Sequence record: NC_043427.1
Reading direction: 5' to 3' (one strand)
DNA: 24,893 nt
Below, in pieces: positions 7,765 through 16,516 of this stretch (positions are counted from its first letter, which is position 1; each line of letters opens with the position of its first letter). Made by a program: the position numbers and the translations under genes. A model generated the notes under the pieces. That model saw nothing but the letters and a program-made list of their open reading frames with translations. It did not search any database and was not told the origin of the DNA.

Positions 7765-8749
7765 TACTTGGGGGATTTCGTTTAGGAGGGTGGCTTTCCT
7801 CACTGAGATGGGTCTTAGAAGGATTGGCTATGTTTCTAGGGTCTATGAGGTTAGGTCTCCAACGATATTATGGGGGTCTTTTGCGAGGATTATAATCGTG
7901 GGGGATACGGCTCTCCTCCTTAAGATGGGTTCACACGAGGTGTGGGCACCTTATTCAGAGCAGAGGGTTTGGTGGGCAGACACCCCCCTTGAGTATGGCT
8001 CGATTGTTACTAGGAGGATGGTTGATTTTCTCAATGCAAATTATAGGGTTGCAGCGGTAAGCGAGTACAACGCTAGGCAGTATAGGGAGCTGGGTGTTAA
8101 GGTTCACGGACTAATACCGAGGCCTGTTGATATCGGGGCAATAGCTAGGGCTGACAGGACCGTTTGGAGGAGGAAGTTTGGAGGAGAGTATATCTTAACG
8201 ATAGGGAGCGATACGATATTGTTAAGAGACAGATATCCAAGGAAGGGGCTTGACATATGCGATGCTGCCATAGGGCTAATTAAGGGAGAGCTTAAGAAGA
8301 GGGGGATAAGGACGGTTGCAGTTACTAACTGGAACATGATGAACTTCGATTACGTGCTACAGGCTGGTAGTCTATCAGATGAGGAGATATACTCCTTAAT
8401 AGTCGGGGCCAAACTGTTTATCTGGTGTAGCAGAAGAGAAGGATTCGGAATGCCACCCCTTGAGGCTATGGCTGCTGGGGTTCCGATTGTCTACTCGGAC
8501 GCTCCAGCACACAACGAGTTCCTTGTTGGCTATAAGGTGCCTCCAAGAGCTGAGCTCGAAGTAACACATAGGGAATCGGGGCTTCCAATGATTGTTTACG
8601 ACTTCTCAGCTAAACACTTCGCTGATACAATCCTTTATGCTCTAGAGGATATTGAGAATGACATGCATCTTGCCTATGTCGAGGAGGGTCTTGAGAGAGC
8701 GAAATACTTTGACGTTAGAAACGTTGCACAAATGTTAATTGAAATATAG
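7745..8749 (+). CDS. GT-B fold glycosyltransferase (GT4-like)
   Basis: RKG motif (YPRKGLD) and REGFGMPPLEAMAAGVPIV signature. Confidence 0.92.
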   Translation: MIGIIADTWGISFRRVAFLTEMGLRRIGYVSRVYEVRSPTILWGSFARIIIVGDTALLLKMGSHEVWAPYSEQRVWWADTPLEYGSIVTRRMVDFLNANYRVAAVSEYNARQYRELGVKVHGLIPRPVDIGAIARADRTVWRRKFGGEYILTIGSDTILLRDRYPRKGLDICDAAIGLIKGELKKRGIRTVAVTNWNMMNFDYVLQAGSLSDEEIYSLIVGAKLFIWCSRREGFGMPPLEAMAAGVPIVYSDAPAHNEFLVGYKVPPRAELEVTHRESGLPMIVYDFSAKHFADTILYALEDIENDMHLAYVEEGLERAKYFDVRNVAQMLIEI

Positions 8750-8774
8750 GGTATTATGGGGTGTGGGTGGTAGC

Positions 8775-8933
8775 ATGGATGTAGCAGAGGAGATAATAAG
8801 GAGGTTTCTGAACATAGTGATTACTATTGTCGTCTTGACAATGGCTCTCTTCATGTTCCAACCGCTCTTAGAGCGACTGGGGGTTGCTGGAGAGCTAATG
8901 ACAAGGGCAATAGTGTCAGCAGCGACAGGGTAA
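8775..8933 (+). CDS. Small membrane protein (52 aa)
   Basis: ATG after GGGTGG; hydrophobic helix IVITIVVLTMALFMFQPLL. Confidence 0.65.
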   Translation: MDVAEEIIRRFLNIVITIVVLTMALFMFQPLLERLGVAGELMTRAIVSAATG

Positions 8934-9068
8934 CGTTATAATTAATGGAGAATGTATTCTTGAGAGGAGGGGGGTGCATGGCATGAATAGTGTTTCTGCT
9001 GATAAGGTGGAGAAAGCAACGAAGGTTCTTCCGGCATCTGAGGAGAGTGCTCCCGGGAGGTGAGTGGG

Positions 9069-9752
9069 ATGGGGTGGAAGCAGTACCTTAGCATAACTTT
9101 CCCAGATTGCGATAGCTCGTGGGGTGATTTGCAGCCTATCAGGATAATCTTCCCTGATAGGGAGGTTTGTACTCGTGGAGTCCTTACAGATAGTAGCAAT
9201 GTCTACAGGGAGAGCCCGAAAAACGTAATGTATGGAGCATCGAAAGTGAGGATTAGAGTCAAGTATTATGTCATTTTCGAAGCTGGGCAATACGGGAACG
9301 TTGCAATTTATATTAGTACATGGGAGAACGATACTAGGAAGAAGTTTAATGGGCAGTATGAGCTAGTGGGCATTCTTCACTCACTCGATAGTCCCAGGTC
9401 TTACAACGTTATAGAGGAGAGAGAGGCGGTGTTTGAGTTTGAAGGAGCAACGATGAGGATATATGTTGATGGGCAAGAGCTAGCAAGCTACACTATTGAT
9501 GCTCCGCTCACCCACTTCAGCCTATGTGCTGCTACTAAGGAGCTATACGGCTCTACAGGAAGAGCTGGAGTTGCAATTGAACAAGTTGTTGGAGAATATT
9601 ACGACCAGTTTGAGGATATGATTGCTCAGTTCATGAGCATATTCAACGTAATGATACCGATGATGTTCATAATTATGATGTTGCCTATGGTGATTAGCCT
9701 ATTCAGAGGGATATTTGCAGAGCCTGGGGGTGGTAGGCGTGGCCAGGCTTGA
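9069..9752 (+). CDS. Beta-sandwich (ConA/LamG-like) domain with a C-terminal MASP-like hydrophobic helix; candidate adhesin
   Basis: VFEFEGATMRIYVDGQEL is a LamG/ConA-type motif; tail IFNVMIPMMFIIMMLPMVISLFRG; GGAGGTGA RBS. Confidence 0.55.
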   Translation: MGWKQYLSITFPDCDSSWGDLQPIRIIFPDREVCTRGVLTDSSNVYRESPKNVMYGASKVRIRVKYYVIFEAGQYGNVAIYISTWENDTRKKFNGQYELVGILHSLDSPRSYNVIEEREAVFEFEGATMRIYVDGQELASYTIDAPLTHFSLCAATKELYGSTGRAGVAIEQVVGEYYDQFEDMIAQFMSIFNVMIPMMFIIMMLPMVISLFRGIFAEPGGGRRGQA

Positions 9753-10047
9753 GTCTGCTCTAGAGGTTGCAGCTCCTGCTGCTGCTAGGGCTGCTCGGGG
9801 GGCTGCCGAGTTTGTTGCAGCAGAGGAGTTCCCAAGGCTAGTGAGGAACATTATACTAGTGAGCATGATGGGAGCAATGGGCTATATGATACTGAGAACG
9901 TTCCAGGGGGTATCCCCGGCTGTAAGCGAGTCTATAGAGCAGCTTCAGCCTGTAATAGCTACAACAATAGCTGTCGTTGTTCCTATGATGGTAATAGTCT
10001 TCGTGCTTGCAGTGATTAGAGCTATTGTTAGGATAATTGCGGGGTGA
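9739..10047 (+). CDS. Two-helix hydrophobic hairpin protein (coat-like)
   Basis: Two hydrophobic helices linked by RTFQGV, a motif shared with the next ORF. Confidence 0.7.
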   Translation: MARLESALEVAAPAAARAARGAAEFVAAEEFPRLVRNIILVSMMGAMGYMILRTFQGVSPAVSESIEQLQPVIATTIAVVVPMMVIVFVLAVIRAIVRIIAG

Positions 10048-10051
10048 GAAA

Positions 10052-10309
10052 ATGGCATTTATAGCTGGGATAGGGCTTGGAACTCTTTTATCAATACTTG
10101 CAAGGCTAGTCCTGGTAATAGGCGGGGCCATATCGGTATATTACATCTATAGGACGTTTAGCACAACGTTCCAGGGAGTGGAGCAGGCAGCACCAATAGC
10201 TGGGGGGGCTCTAGCAGTTATGGCTGCATTCTTCATGATGTTCCCAATATTCATGATAATGTTCATGATGATGACGCTAATGATAAGTCTGGTGAGGGTG
10301 TTTGACTAA
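10052..10309 (+). CDS. Two-helix hydrophobic hairpin protein (coat-like), Met-rich
   Basis: Two hydrophobic helices linked by TFQGV; GGGGTGAG RBS. Confidence 0.75.
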   Translation: MAFIAGIGLGTLLSILARLVLVIGGAISVYYIYRTFSTTFQGVEQAAPIAGGALAVMAAFFMMFPIFMIMFMMMTLMISLVRVFD

Positions 10310-10466
10310 TGACAGATTGAAGGAGGCGATATACTGGGTTCACACTATTTTCATGTCATTCTTCACTATGGCGGTAACGACGATGGCAATCGAGAAGACG
10401 CTTGCAATAATAAGGGAGAGAAGGTGGGTGTACACATACGAGCTTTATAATGAAAAAGAGGGATAG
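10302..10466 (+). CDS. Small hypothetical protein (54 aa, MTNDRLKEAIYWVHTIFMSFFTMAVTTMAIEKTLAIIRERRWVYTYELYNEKEG)
   Basis: TTG after GGTGAGG; fills the gap before the protease; not in the ORF track. Confidence 0.5.
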   Translation: MTNDRLKEAIYWVHTIFMSFFTMAVTTMAIEKTLAIIRERRWVYTYELYNEKEG

Positions 10467-10492
10467 ATTATAGGGACTGAGAGGGGGTAAGG

Positions 10493-11473
10493 ATGCCAAG
10501 AAAAGAGGTTGTAGCACATATCCTGGAGAAGCGGAGGAGCGAGCTCTTATCTAAGCCCAACGTTGTAGGCTATTCTAACGTTATTCAGAAGAGGATTAGG
10601 AGGGGCAGGGTAGTTGATGAGCCCGTTATACGTGTTTACGTGAAGAAGAAGCTCCCGAGGAACCTGCTGCGGCCTCAGGACTTGGTGCCAGAAGAGGTTG
10701 AGGGAATCAGGACGGATGTCGTTGAGATAGGGGAGGTAGAGGCATGGGCTTTACTGCAGCCTAGAGCTGCAGCTTCTCCACTCTATACTGGGAGATACAG
10801 GCCTGTGATAGCTGGGGTTTCGATAGGGCATTATCAGATAACTGCAGGGACCCTTGGATGGTATGTCAAAGCTCCTAATGCAGAGATACTATTTGCTAGT
10901 AATGCTCATGTATTCACACCTAATGCATCAGGGCAGGAGGGGCAGTATGAGGGAGACCCCATCCTCCAGCCTGGACCATACGACGGTGGCAGAAACCCAG
11001 ATGACAAAGTGGCAGAGTATGTTTGGCATAAGAGAGTAGTGCCTGAAGGCGAGGGAGGCATCAATCACATTGACTTTGCGGTTGCAAGACCAGTTGTTGA
11101 CTACCTTGTTAGAAACTATCACGGTACTCAACCCGTTCACGCTATTGGCCTACTATTCGCTGGGAGTAGCTCGATAACAGTTGTCTGCAAATGTAAGCAC
11201 ATCTATAATGAGGGCTATAGGTTCATAGATTTCACGGGAGCTGAGATGAAGTGTGTAGACCCCCTCGATGATGAGGTAACGTTGAGTGCAACGAAGGAGG
11301 GAAGGACAACGGGATATCACGGAAACATTATAACTGACGAGAGTGCTGCTGTCAGGGTTAATTATGGAGGCTTTACAGCGTATTTCGAGGATGTGATATT
11401 CTTTAGAAACCCCTTCGGGCAACCCGGGGACTCGGGTTCATTTGTCTTTATCCCAGATGCATCATTTGACTGA
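10493..11473 (+). CDS. Trypsin-like (PA clan, Nal1-like) serine protease with N-terminal pro-domain
   Basis: Catalytic triad motifs SNAHV (His), IDFAVA (Asp), GDSGS (Ser); also KEGRTTG and VRVYVKKK...TDVVEIG. Confidence 0.92.
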   Translation: MPRKEVVAHILEKRRSELLSKPNVVGYSNVIQKRIRRGRVVDEPVIRVYVKKKLPRNLLRPQDLVPEEVEGIRTDVVEIGEVEAWALLQPRAAASPLYTGRYRPVIAGVSIGHYQITAGTLGWYVKAPNAEILFASNAHVFTPNASGQEGQYEGDPILQPGPYDGGRNPDDKVAEYVWHKRVVPEGEGGINHIDFAVARPVVDYLVRNYHGTQPVHAIGLLFAGSSSITVVCKCKHIYNEGYRFIDFTGAEMKCVDPLDDEVTLSATKEGRTTGYHGNIITDESAAVRVNYGGFTAYFEDVIFFRNPFGQPGDSGSFVFIPDASFD

Positions 11474-11478
11474 GTGGG

Positions 11479-11919
11479 GTGAGAGGAGTGGGCTTGCAGC
11501 TTATTGAGCCACAGGATGGCAAGATTAATGCAAACTTTAAGGAGATATTCAACATCATTGTTAGGCCCACAACTAGCTATGATAAGATAGTGCTCCGTGA
11601 TAAGGACAGCAAACGTGTTATCACTGAGACTAGAAACCCCCCGGTAAACGAGGATTTACCTTTCACGGTAGCGGCATGGAATGGTGGTACATGGGAGATA
11701 GTTGGCATAGTAAGTAATAGTGAGACTGATAAGCTGGAGGTTCAGGTTAACGTTAGCAGTCCCTTTCCTCCACCGTCTCCTCCGCCTAGCAATATTAATG
11801 CTCAACTGGCTCTGTCAGTTTACACGATTAGCCAGATAACTATGGTTACTGCATTTGTGCTCGCTCTCACAAGGGTATTACGCTTGATAATGAAGAGGGT
11901 TGTTAGAAAGCTGGGATAA
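11479..11919 (+). CDS. Beta-rich ectodomain, Pro-rich linker and C-terminal membrane helix; putative surface/virion protein
   Basis: SSPFPPPSPPPS linker, hydrophobic tail, then basic KRVVRK. Confidence 0.7.
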   Translation: MRGVGLQLIEPQDGKINANFKEIFNIIVRPTTSYDKIVLRDKDSKRVITETRNPPVNEDLPFTVAAWNGGTWEIVGIVSNSETDKLEVQVNVSSPFPPPSPPPSNINAQLALSVYTISQITMVTAFVLALTRVLRLIMKRVVRKLG

Positions 11920-11965
11920 CCCTTTAAAACCAAGGATGACAATAGTAGATGGTTGGTGAAGGCGG

Positions 11966-12142
11966 GTGCCTCACCCAAAGAGGGTTGTTGTTGAGGATAA
12001 TCTTAGTGAGTTGCAGAAGGCCATAATGGAGCTGCACTCTCAGGGCTTCAACAGGATAGAGCTTCATTTTCATGGTAGCAAGAGGCACGCTAGGGAGGGC
12101 ATAAAGCCCGATTTCGTGCTTGTCAGGGCTTTCAGAGAGTGA
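11966..12142 (+). CDS. Small hypothetical protein (58 aa, MPHPKRVVVEDNLSELQKAIMELHSQGFNRIELHFHGSKRHAREGIKPDFVLVRAFRE)
   Basis: GTG after GGTGAAGG; genome-typical codons; not in the ORF track. Confidence 0.65.
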   Translation: MPHPKRVVVEDNLSELQKAIMELHSQGFNRIELHFHGSKRHAREGIKPDFVLVRAFRE

Positions 12143-12198
12143 GAACATGGGGGACCCCTATAAGGTGATGGATGACGAGAAGACTATAGGAGGCTACT

Positions 12199-12409
12199 TT
12201 GTCAGCGGAAGCAATGTACTATGCAGACATGATAGTAAAGCGTTCAAGCTTCATAGCGATTCTAGCGGAGAAGGCTGGACGCCCCCATTGACACGATGAT
12301 TCGGGAGATAAGGGCAGTAGAGATGCTCGGGAAAGCGATAGCGACGGCAGCAGCAAACGCTGCAAAGAGGCTTGAGGAGCTGAAGCAGGTAAGGGAGGCG
12401 GAAGGGTGA
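12199..12409 (+). CDS. Small helical protein(s) with ambiguous reading frame
   Basis: Either TTG 12199 (GGAGG RBS) joined by a +1 shift at C5 12282-12286 to the frame ending at 12409, or two coupled ORFs 12147-12299 and 12296-12409. Confidence 0.4.
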
Positions 12410-12415
12410 GGCGTG

Positions 12416-13459
12416 ATGGTGAAGACGGTAAAGGTTCCGGATGAGCTCTATGAGAAGCTAAAGGAGATGGCAGACTCCCAGGGCAAGGCAATACATGAGG
12501 TAATCTCAGGCCTCCTGGAGAGGATAGAGGTTGGGGAGGTTCAAATCAAGCTCCCAAAGCCAAAATTCATACCATTGAGGTATCCTGCATATTGTGTGTT
12601 AGGGAACCATAAGATTGACCCTGAGGAATACAGGAAGAATACTGGAAGAATACCATATGCTCTTTGGTTCCCAGAGCTAGGTGGAGTAATATGCATTGAT
12701 TGTTTGATAAAAGAGGTATTCACAAAGGAGGAGCAAGCGAAGGTTTTGACAAAACTTGAAGTAGAGATTAGGAAGCTTAGAGCAATCAAGAGACAGCTTA
12801 ACAAGGAAGTAGAGGAGCTTGCAATGCAGTATAGCGTTGCAGAGATATTTGCAAGGCTAGACTCGATTATTAATGAGATAAACGAAGCACTGAAGCTTGT
12901 AAGGAGCCTCGAAGACTATATTTGGTGTAAGGAGGAGGAGTGTGAGGAGAAGAAGAAGGTTGTTCTTGAGGCTATGGAGAAGATTGATGGCATAAAAGAG
13001 CAACTAGAAAAGCTGGAGCTACCCGAGAGTTGGGCTAAGAAGCTGATAAAGAAGGCTGCTTCAGAGTCATATACATCAACATCATATAGCAGCTACAGGA
13101 GGAGAAGGTGGGGGTCGATGGGATGGAAGCGGTTGAAAGAAAGAGCTATCAAGTCGAGGGTTATCAAAACGACGCATCGCCTTGTAGACGGCTCTTTGAA
13201 AGAGTACCAGCGAATCAACTACTACTTCCAGATGTACTTCTCGATTCCAGAGTGGTGGTTGAAAGAGGAGACGAAGCGTTACGAGATACTGCAAGTAGAG
13301 AAGGCGAGAAGCTTCTTAGTGCTACCCCAGGATATTACTCTGGAGGAGTTGGAGTCGTTGAGGAGAGAGATATCGAGCCTGATAAGAAAGGCGAGGAGAG
13401 GCAAACAGATATTTGCGACCAATGCGAGGAAGCGAAAAGAATCTGCAAGGGGAGGATGA
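12416..13459 (+). CDS. RHH, putative Zn-binding segment and coiled coil, fused in frame to an AbrB/SpoVT-like module (internal ATG 13118)
   Basis: VKTVKVPDELYEKLKEMADSQGKAIHEVI (RHH); C-x3-H...CIDC; MYFSIPEWWLK...FLVLP (AbrB-like). Confidence 0.7.
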   Translation: MVKTVKVPDELYEKLKEMADSQGKAIHEVISGLLERIEVGEVQIKLPKPKFIPLRYPAYCVLGNHKIDPEEYRKNTGRIPYALWFPELGGVICIDCLIKEVFTKEEQAKVLTKLEVEIRKLRAIKRQLNKEVEELAMQYSVAEIFARLDSIINEINEALKLVRSLEDYIWCKEEECEEKKKVVLEAMEKIDGIKEQLEKLELPESWAKKLIKKAASESYTSTSYSSYRRRRWGSMGWKRLKERAIKSRVIKTTHRLVDGSLKEYQRINYYFQMYFSIPEWWLKEETKRYEILQVEKARSFLVLPQDITLEELESLRREISSLIRKARRGKQIFATNARKRKESARGG

Positions 13460-13519
13460 AGCTAACGAGATTTTGCCTTGATGCTAAGGAGTATTGCATT
13501 GCGGTTGGGTGTGGATGGG

Positions 13520-13741
13520 ATGAAGGTTAGGGACTTCTGGAGGAGATACCTCGAAGCAGACGACGTTGAGAGGCTTGACTTGATTAAGGGGTTGCTAGAG
13601 AGGCATATCCACGCATGCTATACAATATACAAGGATAATAGAGTTCTTGGAGTTCATTGTCTAGTATCAATTGTGAACTCGTTTTTCCTTGATTTGATTA
13701 GGGTGCTCGGGGAGGAGAGAGATGGGCTGCGTGAGGAGTAG
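13520..13741 (+). CDS. Hypothetical protein
   Basis: In-frame ATG 13520 after GGTGTGGA; overlaps the next ORF. Confidence 0.6.
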   Translation: MKVRDFWRRYLEADDVERLDLIKGLLERHIHACYTIYKDNRVLGVHCLVSIVNSFFLDLIRVLGEERDGLREE

Positions 13742-13940
13742 AGTTCTCTGGGGAGATGTTTATGATAAGCTCTTTCATGTTGTTGAGGAGGCTGCTAGAA
13801 AGGGCAGGGTTGATATCGTTAAAGAGGCAAGGAAGCTGATTAAGGATTTGGAAATGTGGGACCCAAGTGAGGAGGTCTGCTATGACGAATTCTATAGTAG
13901 GATATCACGTCTGAAGGCGATGTTGAGGGTGAGAAAATGA
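13722..13940 (+). CDS. Hypothetical protein (72 aa)
   Basis: GGAGG RBS; ATGA overlap with the next ORF. Confidence 0.65.
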   Translation: MGCVRSRVLWGDVYDKLFHVVEEAARKGRVDIVKEARKLIKDLEMWDPSEEVCYDEFYSRISRLKAMLRVRK

Positions 13941-14125
13941 AAGTATCAACAGTGTTTAGAGTGTTTGTAACTGTCATTGCATTAATCCTATTTGCTTTCA
14001 GCATTCTCTACATCCCACCAGAATTTCTTTCGAATGATATATTTGCTGCAACACTATTTCTTTCGCTCTTCATGCTATTACTAATCGTTGTACTTCTCAT
14101 ATGGACCTCTCCAGCCCTCGATTAG
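13937..14125 (+). CDS. Two-TM small membrane protein (62 aa)
   Basis: Two long hydrophobic segments; GGGTGAG RBS. Confidence 0.7.
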   Translation: MKVSTVFRVFVTVIALILFAFSILYIPPEFLSNDIFAATLFLSLFMLLLIVVLLIWTSPALD

Positions 14126-14181
14126 GGTTTTGGCACATACAGACTAAGTAGTAAGGTTTATTACCCCCCGTGCCAAAACTG
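14125..14181. repeat. Inverted repeat flanking the recombinase promoter
   Basis: GTTTTGGCAC 14127-14136 and GTGCCAAAAC 14170-14179 with a 33-nt spacer that contains the TATA-like AAGGTTTATTA. Confidence 0.85.
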
Positions 14182-14201
14182 GTAGGGTGGAGGGATGCGG
14201 G

Positions 14202-15413
14202 ATGCCCAGGCCCTCTATCCAGAATGTCCTCGATTTAAGGCGGGATGAGGTCCTTGAGCTCCTTGGTCGAGGCATCCCAGCGGAGGATGTAGCGAAGAAA
14301 TTCGGGGTATCAAGGAGGACGCTATACCGCTGGCTAGAGCGTCAAGGCCTCACTGTTCAGAAAATCAGGGAGGAGTACCAGAAGCTGAAGGAGGAGCGTG
14401 AAAGGCGGAAGAGGGAGAGGCTAGCAGCTATTGGTGAGATACCGGAGGACTTCGAGAAGTTTGTTGAAATCGAGGAGGTAAGAAAGTTCCTTGACTGGCT
14501 CAAAGCAAGGAGGGTAACAACAGCAGTAGACATCGTGAGAACCCTACACAGGGTATGCCTAGACCTTGGTATCCACCCGATGCTACTGCTTGAGGATGAG
14601 GGGAAGGAGAAGCTGACGAGCCTCCTAGCCAAGTACAATGAAATGTATAAGAAGTGGACTGTGGAGAGCATTAAGGCCAATCTCAGGCTGTGGTACAAGT
14701 TCAACGAGAAGATGCCCCCCGCTATATTGAGCCTCGAAGCCTACAAGTCCAACATGGCTCACCTAGCGTGGTTCAACGTTAGCGATAGAGCCGTAATCCT
14801 TGAGACAGCCTTCCGCTTACTCGACAAGGAGCAGTTTGACAAGGTTAGAGCAGCTTTATTGTTCCTATTCTATACTGGGTCGAGGGCTGAAGCCCTGACT
14901 AACGTGAGGTTTGAGGCTCGTGAGGTTCAAGTTGATGGTAAGAGGATTACAGCGATAATAGCAATCACGAGGGAGAAGGGTAGGCACGGGAAAAAGCAGT
15001 GGGAGAAGCCTCTCCATCCAGTCATCTATGAAAAGTACATCAAGGGCAGGCTGCCATTCTCCCAGGCGGAGCTCAAGTGGTTGAGGAGGGTCCTCAAAGC
15101 GATATACAGAGAAGCTCTGAAGGGGCAGGAGAGCAGCGTGAAATATGAGTATGCTATGAAACACGTCATTCATATCTGGAGACACACGGCAGCAATGAGC
15201 ATGTTGCATGCGACGGACTGGAACGTTGGACTTGTTGCTGAGATTCTTGGGTGGGAGAGCCCCGATATTCTCCTCAAAATTTACGGCAGGATGCCTCCAG
15301 AGTGGAAGATTGCCCAGGCGTTGGGTGTAACTGTCGAGAGGCCTCCGTTCAGGTTTGTTTACGGGAATGAAGAAGAGAGGCTCAAGGAGCTTAGAATTCT
15401 GGAGCTCCCTTAA
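14202..15413 (+). CDS. Tyrosine recombinase with N-terminal HTH
   Basis: HTH (AEDVAKKFGVSRRTLYRWL); catalytic R (YTGSR), K (REKG), HxxR (HIWRH), W (LGWES, Cre-like) and Y (LKIYG). Confidence 0.92.
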   Translation: MPRPSIQNVLDLRRDEVLELLGRGIPAEDVAKKFGVSRRTLYRWLERQGLTVQKIREEYQKLKEERERRKRERLAAIGEIPEDFEKFVEIEEVRKFLDWLKARRVTTAVDIVRTLHRVCLDLGIHPMLLLEDEGKEKLTSLLAKYNEMYKKWTVESIKANLRLWYKFNEKMPPAILSLEAYKSNMAHLAWFNVSDRAVILETAFRLLDKEQFDKVRAALLFLFYTGSRAEALTNVRFEAREVQVDGKRITAIIAITREKGRHGKKQWEKPLHPVIYEKYIKGRLPFSQAELKWLRRVLKAIYREALKGQESSVKYEYAMKHVIHIWRHTAAMSMLHATDWNVGLVAEILGWESPDILLKIYGRMPPEWKIAQALGVTVERPPFRFVYGNEEERLKELRILELP

Positions 15414-15437
15414 CCTCTTCGTACAGCAAGAAGAGGC

Positions 15438-15452
15438 AAACCCTTTTTATAG
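15438..15452 (+). promoter_or_regulatory. Putative archaeal promoter
   Basis: AAACCCTTTTTATAG, intergenic, about 36 nt upstream of ATG 15488. Confidence 0.6.
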
Positions 15453-15487
15453 TTATGCCCCTTCAAGATTTTTAGTGGTGAGACCAT

Positions 15488-15709
15488 ATGGAGCTTGTTG
15501 ATGAAATCAGATGGTTGAGGGAGGCTTTGCAGGACCTCGAAGACAGGGTTATTAATTGGGTGTCAAGACCCAGGGTTTACACGAGTCTCAGGGAAGCGTT
15601 TGAGCACACTGCAACCGATATTATGCTTGCTAGGACGCTTTTGGATATAGCAGCTTACAGGGAGGAGCTAGCACGGATAGAGAGGGTGGTGAAGGATGCA
15701 TGGGGTTGA
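15488..15709 (+). CDS. Helical/coiled-coil hypothetical protein (73 aa)
   Basis: GGTGAG RBS; heptad pattern. Confidence 0.7.
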   Translation: MELVDEIRWLREALQDLEDRVINWVSRPRVYTSLREAFEHTATDIMLARTLLDIAAYREELARIERVVKDAWG

Positions 15710-16100
15710 TGTTGAGAAGAGGATTTCCGAGCTGCTTGACGAATTTCAGCTATTCACCCCTCCTTTCCAGCAGCATATAATCAGCATCGAGGAGATTCTC
15801 CCTAAAACACCAATCTGTGTGATGCCAGAAGATATGAGAAGGATAGTTGCGAGTGCAAGGCTTGGAGATAGGAACATTGTTCTCTCTACACGGAGAAGGA
15901 TTAAGTTTGACACGACTATAACAGCAAAGGTTGACCCAGCAGCAAAGGCCTTCCTCGATGAAATGATTTCGCTCGGGATATTCGAGAATAAGAGCGAGGC
16001 GATAAGGGTTGCAATTTACCTCCTAAGGGAGGTGTTTGAGAAGGCGATACAGCAGAAGAGGGCTGAGCTAGACAATTTTAATAATGAAGGGAGAATATGA
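15696..16100 (+). CDS. Protein with C-terminal ribbon-helix-helix domain
   Basis: TITAKVDPAAKAFLDEMISLGIFENKSEAIRVAI is a CopG/Arc/MetJ-type pattern. Confidence 0.8.
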   Translation: MHGVDVEKRISELLDEFQLFTPPFQQHIISIEEILPKTPICVMPEDMRRIVASARLGDRNIVLSTRRRIKFDTTITAKVDPAAKAFLDEMISLGIFENKSEAIRVAIYLLREVFEKAIQQKRAELDNFNNEGRI

Positions 16101-16118
16101 GGAATGGTGGTGAGGGTT

Positions 16119-16235
16119 ATGGCTGCTCTCGGAAGCCCAGGACTAGCTGAGACGTTATCTAGCATAATGTATTGGCTCATGATAATAGGAGGGCTACTAG
16201 CTCTAGCGTATCTCCTGATTGAGGTGCTCAGATAA
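16119..16235 (+). CDS. Small single-TM protein (38 aa, MAALGSPGLAETLSSIMYWLMIIGGLLALAYLLIEVLR)
   Basis: GGTGAGG RBS; TAATG overlap with the next gene; not in the ORF track. Confidence 0.65.
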   Translation: MAALGSPGLAETLSSIMYWLMIIGGLLALAYLLIEVLR

Positions 16236-16516
16236 TGAGCATCGAGGAGCTGAGGAGTATTGATGTTGAATGCATATTCAGGCTAATAGAGGAGTATGCA
16301 TCTTACCTCCCAGAGGGAACGAGGAGCGTAATACTTGAGAACTTGAGGAACAAGAGGATAGCGGATGCTAAGGCCTTCGTTGAAGGCATATTGGGGGAGA
16401 AAATAGAACCAGAGAGGCTTGTGAAGGATAACAGTTTAAAACCAGTCTTAGTTTTAGCTTTACATCGGTGCGGGAAGGGTGGGCAGGCTCCTAGTAAGGC
16501 ACTCCAGGGCATTTAG
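16235..16516 (+). CDS. Hypothetical protein (93 aa)
   Basis: Coupled ORF with genome-typical composition. Confidence 0.7.
   Translation: MSIEELRSIDVECIFRLIEEYASYLPEGTRSVILENLRNKRIADAKAFVEGILGEKIEPERLVKDNSLKPVLVLALHRCGKGGQAPSKALQGI

Noticed and set aside
8983-9063. 26-aa ORF MNSVSADKVEKATKVLPASEESAPGR
   Set aside because: It has a plausible upstream RBS but is too short and featureless to support a call
10854-11039. 61-aa + strand ORF inside the protease
   Set aside because: It lies out of frame within a gene whose catalytic motifs are intact
13108-13530. 140-aa + strand ORF overlapping the end of 12416-13459
   Set aside because: It is an alternative frame over the AbrB-like module, with no motif support
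14202-15413. attP or tRNA-derived integration site for the recombinase
   Set aside because: I saw no tRNA-like segment (e.g. GGTTCGAATCC) in or near the gene, so SSV-type integration is unsupported
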